Source: Candidatus Yanofskybacteria bacterium
Lineage (GTDB): Bacteria; Patescibacteriota; Minisyncoccia; 2-02-FULL-40-12; IGHO2-12-FULL-4
Direction: 5' to 3'
Length of the DNA: 61,688 nucleotides
Assembly: GCA_016185525.1 (NCBI GenBank)
Contig: JACPNK010000003.1
Span: 1-61,688, forward strand
The notes beneath the pieces are model-generated. The model made no database searches, was not told the DNA's origin, and saw only the letters and a list, made by a program, of their open reading frames with translations. This document shows, one piece after another, positions 25,607 through 35,315 of the stretch. Position numbers and translations under genes: made by a program. Within the stretch, counting starts at the first letter, position 1. Each line of letters starts with the position of its first letter.

Positions 25607-27331
25607 TTAGTTTGACGGTAAAGAACGGCAGTCAAAGATATAAGCACCCACATATTTGTCGGTAAACTTTTGAGCCAGTTCGCATCTGGATATCAGTTTC
25701 CAATACAAACTGTTTTTATCAATGGCGGGAAAATCAACTATCATATAATGCCCCCGATGGGAAGTGAGCCTAGAGCTGTAATCACGAGAAGGAGCCGTAT
25801 AAAACCTCCCCAGATATTTATCTGCTATCTTCAAATAATAAACACCCGCGTCATAATATGTAACAACACTGCTATTGCCAACTTCTTTGCTGTTAACCAC
25901 ATACTCAACGGATTTTTTCGTAATATCATTTACACTGCCATAGAAAGCGCCCGCCAGATTTTCGCTTGAAAGCAGAACATTATAACCGACCCCAAAAACA
26001 ATAAAAAAAGCAATCGCTATTTTTTTCTTATTGAACAATAGCCAAAAGAAGCCAGCAACCCAAACCCACAAAACAAACTGCGCCGAAACATAAAATCCTA
26101 TCGGTCCCGAACCCCCGGTCATTGGAATAAGAAAATTAAAATCCAGGTTTTTTACTTTTTGCACATAAGCCTCTTTGGGATTAAGCGGCACAACATCATA
26201 AGCAACTAAAAGCGTGAAGGCCAAAAGAACCACAAATCCCAATATGCTCAAGAAAAAGTGTTTCTTGCTAAATCCCGAAAACAGCGAATAGATAATATGG
26301 CCGCTTACAATAGCCGCCGGCGCTATTATAAACATAAAATATCTTTCAATCGGAAGCCGGGCAAAGTCAAAAATTACCAGATAAAAAAGAAAGTTAAATA
26401 AAGAGTAAACATACCAGAGACGGTATTTTGCGAAGTCCCGCACCAAACCCGCCATAGCGGGGTCTGGTGCGTGGGTGAAAAAATCTTTTCTGAACAAGCC
26501 GTAAACCATTGGCAAAAACAAGAGCGGAGATAGCCAGATAAAGAACTTGAACATGCGCAAAAACAGTTCAAAGTAAGCGCGGGAAGCAAAGTTAAAATAT
26601 TTGAAACCGGTAACATATTCCGCGAACCTCGGATCCGTTTTTCCATACAATACGTAAAAAACAACAACAAAAATACAGGACATGCCCAACAAAAAAACTA
26701 TTCTTTTTATCTTGTACTTCAGTTTGCCCTTATCATACAAAGCCCACAAGTACTCAACCGCCAATGCTCCGGCAAAAAGCGCGTAGCTTAGTTTTGTAAA
26801 AAATCCAACCATCATTACCAACACTAGAGGCAGAATAAATTTACTTTGGCCGTCCTTAAAAACTTTAAGGTAAAAATAATAAGCCAGTAGAACTAAAAAC
26901 GGCAAAACCGTTCCGTCAATATCTAACATCAGACTGGCAATCAGACTATATACGTTAATAATATAGAGACCTGACGCGATATAGGCAATTTTTTTGTTGC
27001 CGGCTTGCCATGAGCCATTCGAACTGGTGAGTTTTAAAGATACTATATAAATTAGAACGAGATTTAAAACGCCGAAGATAAAAGGCACAACACGCAAGTT
27101 GTTATATCCAACGAGTTTGCCGCCTAGCAACAAAAGGCTTTGCATTACCGGCGGATGAGGAGAATCTACTTCGCCGAATTCAGCTGTATATACTTGAGAG
27201 ACCCACCTGTACTCGTCCTGGTAATACAACTGGTCCAAGCCAAAAAATCTGGTGGCAATGAACAACAAAACCAACAGCCAAAGCCAATAATTATTTTTTA
27301 GCAATGACTTCAAGGATGAGCTCCAGTTCAT
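25607..27331 (-). CDS. GT-C fold membrane glycosyltransferase (ArnT/PMT-like, GT39/83-like)
   Basis: At least 12 predicted TM helices, an early YYQDEYRW acidic loop and a soluble C-terminal domain. Located in an operon with the GT2 and the deacetylase. Confidence 0.65.
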   Translation of the reverse strand: MNWSSSLKSLLKNNYWLWLLVLLFIATRFFGLDQLYYQDEYRWVSQVYTAEFGEVDSPHPPVMQSLLLLGGKLVGYNNLRVVPFIFGVLNLVLIYIVSLKLTSSNGSWQAGNKKIAYIASGLYIINVYSLIASLMLDIDGTVLPFLVLLAYYFYLKVFKDGQSKFILPLVLVMMVGFFTKLSYALFAGALAVEYLWALYDKGKLKYKIKRIVFLLGMSCIFVVVFYVLYGKTDPRFAEYVTGFKYFNFASRAYFELFLRMFKFFIWLSPLLFLPMVYGLFRKDFFTHAPDPAMAGLVRDFAKYRLWYVYSLFNFLFYLVIFDFARLPIERYFMFIIAPAAIVSGHIIYSLFSGFSKKHFFLSILGFVVLLAFTLLVAYDVVPLNPKEAYVQKVKNLDFNFLIPMTGGSGPIGFYVSAQFVLWVWVAGFFWLLFNKKKIAIAFFIVFGVGYNVLLSSENLAGAFYGSVNDITKKSVEYVVNSKEVGNSSVVTYYDAGVYYLKIADKYLGRFYTAPSRDYSSRLTSHRGHYMIVDFPAIDKNSLYWKLISRCELAQKFTDKYVGAYIFDCRSLPSN

Positions 27332-28205
27332 CTTTAAGTCCGGGCATTTTAAGGCCCAGTTTTACAGCTTTATTGGTATTCAACCACATCTCTTTTGGCC
27401 TAGCGGCAAAATTTCCGGGCATGCTCTCAACGGAAATCAGTTTGGCCTCACCGGAAAAGTTAGGAAATTTACTGATGACCGCCTGTCCTATTTCAGCCTT
27501 TGATAACCGGTCTCTGCTCCCGATGTGAAGAACTCCTTTTTTAAAAACTTTTGGAATTTTCAACAGTATGCCGGCAAATGTCTTAGCGCTTATCGCGTTA
27601 ATATAGACATCGTTAAAAAGATTGAATGACTTGTTTTTGTTGACCGAATCCACAAGCCATTCTATGAAGTTGGCTTGAGGCCGACCGATACTGTGAATAC
27701 CAATGGGCACGACCCTAATTACTATTCCTTTGTCATAAGCCAAAACTGCCTCTTCTCCCAAAAGTTTGGTCCACGAATAAAAATTTTTGGGGTCCGGTGT
27801 GTCGTTTTCCTTGTAATTGCCTTTTTCTCCGAAAAAAACGGAACCGGTTGATATATATATTAACTTTGCTCTATGCTTTTTTGCCAGTTCAACCATATTT
27901 CTCGTTCCCACAACATTAGCTTGCCAGCAGACTTCTCTGCTATTCTCACATTTGTCAATGCCTGTCATTGACGCGCAATGGAATATTGCATCAATTTTGC
28001 CGACCTTTTTATCTAAAAAATTAACCGACCCGATATCGCCAATGTCGCATTTTAAATTTCTGTAATTCTTATCGGTTAAATCCGGATTGGCGTTGTAAAC
28101 ACCGACAACATTGTAACCGTTTTTCACTGCGCAACGGACTAATTCCAAGCCCAAAAGCCCGCTTGCGCCGGTTATTAATGCTTTGTTTTTTGTTGACCTT
28201 TTCAT
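27291..28205 (-). CDS. RmlD-like NAD(P)-dependent sugar reductase/epimerase (paralog of 31060..31965)
   Basis: LITGASGLLG, YSWTKLLGE (YxxxK), about 300 aa. Confidence 0.7.
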   Translation of the reverse strand: MKRSTKNKALITGASGLLGLELVRCAVKNGYNVVGVYNANPDLTDKNYRNLKCDIGDIGSVNFLDKKVGKIDAIFHCASMTGIDKCENSREVCWQANVVGTRNMVELAKKHRAKLIYISTGSVFFGEKGNYKENDTPDPKNFYSWTKLLGEEAVLAYDKGIVIRVVPIGIHSIGRPQANFIEWLVDSVNKNKSFNLFNDVYINAISAKTFAGILLKIPKVFKKGVLHIGSRDRLSKAEIGQAVISKFPNFSGEAKLISVESMPGNFAARPKEMWLNTNKAVKLGLKMPGLKDELELILEVIAKK

Positions 28206-28247
28206 TGAAAAATTACTATTTAAAGATACTTTAAAAATCAGATTTCA

Positions 28248-29153
28248 TCAACATCGCACCTTATCTATTCCATAAGCAAACATTTCGTGCCTGCGCGGAC
28301 TGGTAAAATGTTTGGCAACAGTGTTTGAATCAGGTCTTCCTTTTATAATATATCGGTCTAAAGGTAAAAACTCGCAATTTGTTTGGCCAATGAGACAATT
28401 CCACCCCGTCATTTCAACAAAGTAATCGGACATGTCCAGTTCGCAGTTTTCAAGATACTCACTTAATTTACTTTCTGAAATAGAGAATTTCTTGTAAACT
28501 ATGATGCCGGAATTCATAAGTTCAATGTTTTTTTGGGTCAGGTTGTATTTATTTAAATAACTACTATTTACCCTGACGGCAAACCCACCGCCCGCTTGCG
28601 AAATTAAGGCATCTCGACCACAACTTCCTTTTACAAATCTGACTATTTCTTCGGGTTTTTTGAAAAACAAAACATCGCTGTCCAAAACCATTATCTTTTC
28701 AGACCGGCTTAATAAAAAAATGTCAACCAATTTTAAAATCAAAGGATACCCGTTTTTTCTATAATCTTTAACGATGGGATTGACATTCATTTTGTCTATC
28801 AGTTCGTCGGCATCTTTTTTCCAAACAATTTCCAAGTTATCAAATTTGCTTTTAAAGATAGCGGCTGATTCGCCGTCTAAAGATCCGTCATCGTGAATAA
28901 CTATTTTAGGACAAAGCTGTGAATTTTTTAAAAAAGACCAGAGAGACCATGTTGCCGTTACTACGTCGCTTTTTTGACAAAGCATGTGAACTTCAAAATC
29001 ATCCTGTTTTTCACATTTCCACTTTGGTATTTTTTTTCCGATTTGCCGGGCAAAAATCTTATTTTTTAAATAATTCAACAAGGAAGCCGGCCCGTAACCG
29101 TATCTGACCGTTTCTTTAATATAAAACAGTTCTTTTTTTAACTTTGAGAACAT
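28248..29153 (-). CDS. Hypothetical protein, possible GT-A/GT8-like nucleotide-sugar transferase
   Basis: VIHDDGS and a VLDSDVLFF (DxD-like) motif. No confident family match by eye. Confidence 0.4.
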   Translation of the reverse strand: MFSKLKKELFYIKETVRYGYGPASLLNYLKNKIFARQIGKKIPKWKCEKQDDFEVHMLCQKSDVVTATWSLWSFLKNSQLCPKIVIHDDGSLDGESAAIFKSKFDNLEIVWKKDADELIDKMNVNPIVKDYRKNGYPLILKLVDIFLLSRSEKIMVLDSDVLFFKKPEEIVRFVKGSCGRDALISQAGGGFAVRVNSSYLNKYNLTQKNIELMNSGIIVYKKFSISESKLSEYLENCELDMSDYFVEMTGWNCLIGQTNCEFLPLDRYIIKGRPDSNTVAKHFTSPRRHEMFAYGIDKVRC

Positions 29154-30403
29154 AAGAATTTTATTATAGTCTCAGCACGTTTTTGCCAAGTGTAATTTTT
29201 AACATCTTCTTTGGCTTGTTCGGCTATTTTTTCTACCAATTCCTTATTTTTATCATCAAAAACCCAAGCTATTTTGTTGGCCAAATCTTCAGCATCTCCC
29301 GCCTTAGCGAAAACTGAGTTGTTCCCATTTAAAACTTCTCTGAAAGAAGGCAAATCTTGAGCTACAATGGGACAACCGGAGGCCATGTATTCAAACATTT
29401 TAAGAGGCGAGGTATACTTTACCGAAATCGTTTCAGACTCATTTCCGGTTAATATTGCGCAGTCGGCTGTTTTTAATACAGCATCTATCTTTTTGTGAGA
29501 AAACATACCCTCCATAACAATAGAATAATCTTCATTTTTCGCATTTGTTTTTGTTCTAATCGCATAAACAATATTCGGATGAATTTTTAGTTTTTGTCCA
29601 AAATTATTAATATCAAACTCTGTACCGCCAATTATCCAGACGAGGTAATTGGGGTTAATATTTTTTAAATTCTCTGCCACATTAATCAAAATGTCTGCGC
29701 CTTTCCACGGATACAAATGACCTGTATAAACCGCGATTTTCTTTCGTCTATAACAATCGTAATGAAAATTAAAAAACTTTTCTCTAAGCTGAATTTTGTT
29801 TTCCTGACAATTAAACTCTCCCAAATCAACCCCGTCAGGCGCAACTAAGATCGGGCCTTTATAGTGTTTTTTAAAATCTTCTTTCAGTCCCTCAGATATA
29901 ACAATTAGGCCGTTTATTTTATTCAGTAGTTTTTTGTAAAACCTTGAATTAATTTTGTTAGGAAAGTTATGGACTTCCCAAAAAAGTTTAAACCTACTGG
30001 CATCAATCAAACTAAGGACAAATGGATCACGCGAATAAACTATTCCTTCTTTGTCAACTAAATATTTTTTGGATGACCGAGCAAAAATAAACTGCTGAAC
30101 CCAAAATAAAATTTTATTAAAAAAAGGACCAAGATTTATGTTAATGAGATCGGGAGATTTTAATTCTATAATTTTAAATGGCGTTTTTATGTTGTAGTAT
30201 TCTAATATACTTCCCTCTCCCGTATTCGGATATCTGTGCCGCCTTGGCACAATTAACTCTACAGCGATTTTATTTGCATTATTTGTATAATTATTTGTGT
30301 CATTCGGGTCGCTTTGCGCAAACGCTTCACACATTTTAATTGTCTGCAGGCCATATGCCTTGATAGTCGGTATTCGACTATTGGCTACACAATATATCTT
30401 CAT
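29138..30403 (-). CDS. Glycosyltransferase family 4
   Basis: C-terminal PLKMFEYMASGCPIVAQDLPSFREVL EX7E-type region. The N-terminal domain contains an Asn-rich insertion (DTNNYTNNANK). Confidence 0.8.
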   Translation of the reverse strand: MKIYCVANSRIPTIKAYGLQTIKMCEAFAQSDPNDTNNYTNNANKIAVELIVPRRHRYPNTGEGSILEYYNIKTPFKIIELKSPDLININLGPFFNKILFWVQQFIFARSSKKYLVDKEGIVYSRDPFVLSLIDASRFKLFWEVHNFPNKINSRFYKKLLNKINGLIVISEGLKEDFKKHYKGPILVAPDGVDLGEFNCQENKIQLREKFFNFHYDCYRRKKIAVYTGHLYPWKGADILINVAENLKNINPNYLVWIIGGTEFDINNFGQKLKIHPNIVYAIRTKTNAKNEDYSIVMEGMFSHKKIDAVLKTADCAILTGNESETISVKYTSPLKMFEYMASGCPIVAQDLPSFREVLNGNNSVFAKAGDAEDLANKIAWVFDDKNKELVEKIAEQAKEDVKNYTWQKRAETIIKFLCSQS

Positions 30404-30510
30404 TATGAGATGGATACTACCACATTTTAAATAATTTTAAAAAGCACGGTTTTTGTGTCTTAAATTGAATTTTTTTAATAATAAGTTTTAGTTTTGAACA
30501 ATTTTTTAAA

Positions 30511-30539
30511 TAAAAAAACGGGTAGAATTATCTACCCGT
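30511..30539 (-). terminator. Rho-independent terminator of the small gene
   Basis: On the minus strand, ACGGGTAG pairs with CTACCCGT, followed by a T-run (plus-strand A-run at 30512-30517). Confidence 0.7.
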
Positions 30540-30573
30540 TGTAATGAGCCTACAATACAATGTCAATCAGACA

Positions 30574-30882
30574 CTAGATTACTAAGTCTGGTCTTATACG
30601 CCTTAAACTTTCAAACAATTCAGGAGATGGCGGCAGCGTGTGGGCTGATGTAACGTTCCAGTCAATAACTGGAGAGATAAAACCGTCAAGCTGTATGAAT
30701 ATCTTCTTCTCTATTTCGTAAAAAACCTTAGTAGAGGAAAAAAGACCCATGCCATATTGAATGGGTATAAACCTACCTGTCTTACATCCAAGATGATATA
30801 ATTTTGGCCACATACGAAGTCGTTGACCAGGCGTTGCCCTGTTAAATCTTGCCACAACGTCACCAAATGTATCAAAGAACAT
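30574..30882 (-). CDS. Hypothetical small protein (102 aa), monocistronic
   Basis: AAGGAGG (30888-30894) lies 5 nt upstream of the ATG at 30882. The ORF-track start at 30930 is upstream of the predicted TSS. The gene has its own promoter and terminator. No recognisable domain. Confidence 0.6.
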   Translation of the reverse strand: MFFDTFGDVVARFNRATPGQRLRMWPKLYHLGCKTGRFIPIQYGMGLFSSTKVFYEIEKKIFIQLDGFISPVIDWNVTSAHTLPPSPELFESLRRIRPDLVI

Positions 30883-30920
30883 CAATACCTCCTTTTTTGT
30901 GGCCTTGGTGCCACTTTGTG

Positions 30921-30949
30921 ATATTAACACTGTATTAAATTTTTGTCAA
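30921..30949 (-). promoter_or_regulatory. Strong sigma70-type promoter with extended -10
   Basis: On the minus strand: TTGACA (30949-30944), 17-nt spacer, TGT-TAATAT (-10 at 30926-30921). Confidence 0.7.
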
Positions 30950-31059
30950 TTTTTTAACGTATTTAACGAATGGAGGCGTTGATCCGACTTAAAAAAGCGC
31001 GTGGGTACCGTAAGCCTTTTCGGTCGGCAATCTAAGATTAGATAAGTAAAGTAGTTTCT

Positions 31060-31965
31060 TCATTTTCTATTTAAGATTTCGTTCAAAACAATACGAACTT
31101 CTTCTTTCCAGCTTGGCAAAGAATAGCCCAAGCCTACCGCCTTATCCACGTTTAACCACATCTCATGCGGACGAGAGGCAGCTTTTCCATCCCGGGTTTT
31201 ATCAACGCTTAGTCTTGTTACTGTGCCTGAATAGTCAGGAAACAATTCCAAAACCTCTTCCCATATTTCCGCTTTATTGACTCTATCCCGACTTCCCAAA
31301 TGAAGAATCCCCGGTTTAAATTTATCAATAATTTTAGACAAAAAATCGGCTAAAGTGGCTGTACTGACCGGATTTATCACGACATCGGTAAACAGACTAA
31401 ACGATCGGTTGCTTGATGCCGTATCCATAAACCACTGCATAAAACTCGGATGGGCACCCAACGGTCTTTTGCCTATGGGATTTACCCTCACTACCAGTCC
31501 TTTTCCATACTTTAGAACTGCTTTCTCCGCTTGGCTTTTTGTTTTTCCGTAATAATTAAGCGGTCCGGTCTCGTCATTTTCCGAATAATTGCCTTTTCTG
31601 CCGGAGAATACCATCGGCGTGGAAATGTAAATAAATTGGGCATTCAACGATTTGGCGAGGTTGATTAAATTTTTTGTGCCAGCCACATTGACTTCTCTGC
31701 AAAAAGGTTTGTTCAACTCGCAAAAGTTTACATCCGTTATTGCGGCACAGTGAATTATTGTGTGAGTGTTTTTAAATCTATTGGGGTTTATTTCACCGGT
31801 TATGTCCAAATGTGTCTTTTTAACGTTCTTGCCGTCCGGCACAAACTTTTCATTGGAATCAAAAACGGCCAGAATTTGAAATCCCTTTTCGGCTAAAACT
31901 GACGACACTTTTGAACCGAGCATCCCACTTGCTCCGGTAATTAGTATTTCTTTGTCAGATGTCAT
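31060..31965 (-). CDS. RmlD-like NAD(P)-dependent sugar reductase/epimerase
   Basis: LITGASGMLG, YGKTKSQAE. Collinear similarity to 27291..28205 throughout. Confidence 0.7.
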   Translation of the reverse strand: MTSDKEILITGASGMLGSKVSSVLAEKGFQILAVFDSNEKFVPDGKNVKKTHLDITGEINPNRFKNTHTIIHCAAITDVNFCELNKPFCREVNVAGTKNLINLAKSLNAQFIYISTPMVFSGRKGNYSENDETGPLNYYGKTKSQAEKAVLKYGKGLVVRVNPIGKRPLGAHPSFMQWFMDTASSNRSFSLFTDVVINPVSTATLADFLSKIIDKFKPGILHLGSRDRVNKAEIWEEVLELFPDYSGTVTRLSVDKTRDGKAASRPHEMWLNVDKAVGLGYSLPSWKEEVRIVLNEILNRK

Positions 31966-33143
31966 AATGAGTTAAGAAATTTTTCCATTTTTTCAGCCGT
32001 AGAATGGTAGCTGAAGTGTCCGGTAATGTACTCTCTACCCGCCTTACCCATGGCATATCTTAGAGCGTCGTCAGAGAGAATCTTTTTCATGGCGCGATAA
32101 ATTGGCTCGGGGTCGCTTTGCTCAACTAAAATTCCGGTTTTTCCGTCAAGAACTGTTTCTTCCAGTGAACCGGTCTTGCTTGTAACAACCGGAGTACCGC
32201 AAGCCTGGGCCTGAAGCATTAACAACCCCCACTGCTCCTCCCAGCCGTCAAAGGGAACTGAAGGATGAACCATCACGTCCGACTGAGCATACATAGGAGC
32301 CAGCTCGTTTATCGGTTGCCAAGGAAGCAAAGTCACCGAATTTCTCATATCCGGATTGTCTATTATCCGCTTGACTTGTGATTCTAACTCTCCTGTACCC
32401 ACAATTACCAGATGGGCTTCCGGCATTTCTCTGTGAAGCATCTTAAAGGCTTCCAGGGTCTGCAGTGTTCCCTTCCGAGGCGTAAAAGTAGCTGAATATA
32501 TAACCACCTTCTTGTCCGTCAGGTTGTGCTTTTCACGAAAATCATTTTTTGCCTCCGGTTTAAAAACGTCCGTATCAACTCCGGCCTGATTGAATACTGC
32601 GGTCTTAAGAGCGGGATTATATTTCTCAAAATAATCTTTGTGGACTTCGTAAGCTTTTTGCATTCCGCATATTCCAGCTGTGCTCAACTCTATGTTCCTT
32701 TTCAGAAGCCACTCTGTGAGCTTCAGCTTTAAACCCGACATCCTCTCCCGATAAGGTACATTCTGCCAAGTAAAAAAAATGTGTTTTAATTTCAAGCTTT
32801 TAGCAATAAGACCGTAAATATATGTGACAAAAAGATTTGGTTCGTAGGCGCTAAAAAAAACATCGCCCGGTTTAGACTCCTTTTTTAATAAAAACCAAAG
32901 CATCGGCATCCAGCCTTTTAACTGCCCTCTTATAACCGGATATTTTGAATGATAAAAACAGGCCGGAGTTGAGACGACTTTCACGTTATTTATGCGAGGA
33001 GGGTAAACCGTTTTTTTATTTCCTTTAGTTGACCTCCATTTTTTCGGCACAACTAAAAAAAGATTGCTTTTATTTTTGAAGTAATCAAAGATGCGGTGAT
33101 TATGCTCATATATATAAGTATAAGAGGCGATAAAAATTCTCAT
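31962..33143 (-). CDS. Glycosyltransferase family 4
   Basis: LMLQAQACGTPVVTSKTGSLEETV EX7E region. The ATG at 33143 (MRIFIAS) is preferred. The ORF is open to 33194, but that start would overlap the upstream gene by 22 nt. Confidence 0.8.
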   Translation of the reverse strand: MRIFIASYTYIYEHNHRIFDYFKNKSNLFLVVPKKWRSTKGNKKTVYPPRINNVKVVSTPACFYHSKYPVIRGQLKGWMPMLWFLLKKESKPGDVFFSAYEPNLFVTYIYGLIAKSLKLKHIFFTWQNVPYRERMSGLKLKLTEWLLKRNIELSTAGICGMQKAYEVHKDYFEKYNPALKTAVFNQAGVDTDVFKPEAKNDFREKHNLTDKKVVIYSATFTPRKGTLQTLEAFKMLHREMPEAHLVIVGTGELESQVKRIIDNPDMRNSVTLLPWQPINELAPMYAQSDVMVHPSVPFDGWEEQWGLLMLQAQACGTPVVTSKTGSLEETVLDGKTGILVEQSDPEPIYRAMKKILSDDALRYAMGKAGREYITGHFSYHSTAEKMEKFLNSL

Positions 33144-33172
33144 TAAACATTTTTGAGACGGTAGGTTTAGAG

Positions 33173-34213
33173 TTATATCAATTTTGCCGTCCAAGTTTTG
33201 GGAGTCTTAGGGTGGTCAAGTTCTAAACTTGTTAAATATATAAACGGCTGTTTATCTATGGACTTTGCCCAATCAGTCATCTTGCTTACACCTTCCGACA
33301 ATTTAACTTTGGACCTAAAACCCAAAAGCTTCTCGGCCACCTTGTGCTCGCAATAAGCATATTTAACTTCCCGTGGCCGGTCAGGCACATGTTTGGGTAA
33401 GATTTTTTTAGGAACACCCGCACCACCGCCATAAAAAGTTTTTAATACGGTCTCGGCAAGATCGTTTAAAGTTACCGGCTCATCGGAACCGATGTTTATG
33501 ATCTTACCCTCGCATTCTTTTTTAAAACCGGCCTTGACCATTGCCGGCGCCACGTCGTCAATGTAAGAAAATGCCCGCTTTTGCATTCCGTCTCCGTAGA
33601 TATAAAAACTCTTGCCGTGGAGCAGGCTGTTTATAAAAATTCCGACAACGTTTCTGTAGGGGTCGGACAGATTCTGCCTTGGCCCATATACATTATGCGG
33701 CCTAATGACGACAAACTTAAAGTCATAGACATCAGCTAAGACACGAGTCGTCTGTTCCATAGACATCTTTGAAATACCATAAATATCTTCCGGTTGCGGC
33801 ATCATACTTTCTTTAAACGGGACCTGTTGCGCTCCGTAAACGCTCATTGAACTGGTCAATATCATTTTTTTCAAACCGCACTTGATAGCCGGAATTAAAA
33901 CATTTTTATAAGCAACGATATTTCTGTCCATCGCGCTGAACGGAGTAAACTGGCTTCTGCCTTCCGTCGCATCGGCGGCCAAGTGGAAAATAATATCCGG
34001 TTTTATTTTTTCAATATAAGTCGCCGTTTTGGTCCTGTCTCGCAGATCAAGCTTGGTAAAGAATTTTTTTTGAGAAACGTTTCTAATAAATCCCCCCGAC
34101 AAGTCATCCACCCCATAGACTTCATAACCCATACCAAAAAGCAGGTCATAAATGTGGCTTCCTATAAAACCAGCTGAACCGGTAACTAAAATTTTTGGCT
34201 TACTTGAATTCAT
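33173..34213 (-). CDS. NAD-dependent nucleotide-sugar dehydratase/epimerase (extended SDR)
   Basis: VTGSAGFIGSH, SSMSVYG, YGISK, RPHNVYGPRQ. Confidence 0.85.
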   Translation of the reverse strand: MNSSKPKILVTGSAGFIGSHIYDLLFGMGYEVYGVDDLSGGFIRNVSQKKFFTKLDLRDRTKTATYIEKIKPDIIFHLAADATEGRSQFTPFSAMDRNIVAYKNVLIPAIKCGLKKMILTSSMSVYGAQQVPFKESMMPQPEDIYGISKMSMEQTTRVLADVYDFKFVVIRPHNVYGPRQNLSDPYRNVVGIFINSLLHGKSFYIYGDGMQKRAFSYIDDVAPAMVKAGFKKECEGKIINIGSDEPVTLNDLAETVLKTFYGGGAGVPKKILPKHVPDRPREVKYAYCEHKVAEKLLGFRSKVKLSEGVSKMTDWAKSIDKQPFIYLTSLELDHPKTPKTWTAKLI

Positions 34214-35243
34214 TGATAATATTTTTTAACTTATTCCCCAAAACTCTCGGGGAAGCGTTGTTTTTAAATTTATTATAGCCCGCCGTGGCCAGTCTGTCTC
34301 TCAAATCAGGGTCATTTTTCAAACGCAATATCGCGTTGGCCAAAGATTCTGAATCGACAACCTTAACCAGCATCATATCTTCTTCGTTAAACAATTCCCG
34401 TGTCGCCGGCGTATCGGCGGTTATAACCGGTTTCTGCATGGCAAGACACTCGTAGACCTTGTTGGGAATAACCCTCAGCGTTTTTTGGGTGTCGCCGAAT
34501 ATGCCCAGACAAACATCAGCTCGGGCAATCTTTTCTCTTATCCACTCTTGGCTCATAAAACCCGCAAATTCAACGTTTTTTAAGCCAAGTTCATCGGACA
34601 ACCTTAGCATCTTTTTTTTCTCCTGTCCATCGCCGATGATGAGGAAGTTAACGCCGTCTTTTTCACAGATTTTGGCCGCTTTTAGAATATATTCAATTCC
34701 CTGCAAAGGGATGAACGACCCGTGAAAAACAACGAGAAATCGGCTTGAATTCGGTTTTGGCATAGGATAAAAAATATTGTCGCTGGCCCCTATCCATATT
34801 CTACGAAACTTGCTTTTTTTGACCCCAAATTCTTTTGACGCATATTTAATATGCTCATCAGTATCAAAAAGAACGACATCGGCCAAATGCATGGATAACC
34901 AATCCAAAATCCAATAATAAAAAGCTCTCATAGAACCCCGTTTTACCGTTTTGCGGTCAAAAACATTTGAGTCATAAAGCGACAAAAATGCGTCAAAAAT
35001 TATCGGTTTTCTGGAAATTATTTTTGCAAACGGCACTATCTGTTGCCCTAAAAAACCGACAACCATTATGTCATACGGGTCTTTTAACTGCCGATGCTTT
35101 TTAAAAAGATTTATAAATTTTCTTATTCCAGGCGAACTATCTCTGCACTCAATCACCTCAACGCCGTTTTGTCTCAAACCGTCAATTAAAACCCGATTTC
35201 TAGTATAATTGGGATCATAGGATCCAAAATATAAAATTCTCAT
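34200..35243 (-). CDS. GT-B glycosyltransferase (paralog of 22763..23815)
   Basis: MRILYFGSYDPNYTRNRVLIDGLRQNGVEV and KVYECLAMQKPVITAD. Confidence 0.65.
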   Translation of the reverse strand: MRILYFGSYDPNYTRNRVLIDGLRQNGVEVIECRDSSPGIRKFINLFKKHRQLKDPYDIMVVGFLGQQIVPFAKIISRKPIIFDAFLSLYDSNVFDRKTVKRGSMRAFYYWILDWLSMHLADVVLFDTDEHIKYASKEFGVKKSKFRRIWIGASDNIFYPMPKPNSSRFLVVFHGSFIPLQGIEYILKAAKICEKDGVNFLIIGDGQEKKKMLRLSDELGLKNVEFAGFMSQEWIREKIARADVCLGIFGDTQKTLRVIPNKVYECLAMQKPVITADTPATRELFNEEDMMLVKVVDSESLANAILRLKNDPDLRDRLATAGYNKFKNNASPRVLGNKLKNIINEFK

Positions 35244-35252
35244 AATACGTAG

Positions 35253-35281
35253 ATTATGGCAGTAAAAGTCTTAAAAATCAA
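35253..35281 (-). promoter_or_regulatory. Putative promoter giving a near-leaderless transcript
   Basis: On the minus strand: TTGATT (35281-35276), 17-nt spacer, CATAAT (35258-35253). Only 9 nt separate the -10 from the ATG at 35243. Confidence 0.45.
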
Positions 35282-35307
35282 AAAGCTAAGCATAACAGCT
35301 TAGCTTT
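35273..35307 (-). terminator. Rho-independent terminator after the NUDIX gene
   Basis: A 10-bp stem, AAAGCTAAGC with GCTTAGCTTT (35282-35291 / 35298-35307), followed on the minus strand by TTTTGATTTTT. Confidence 0.7.
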
Positions 35308-35315
35308 GTAAGGCT

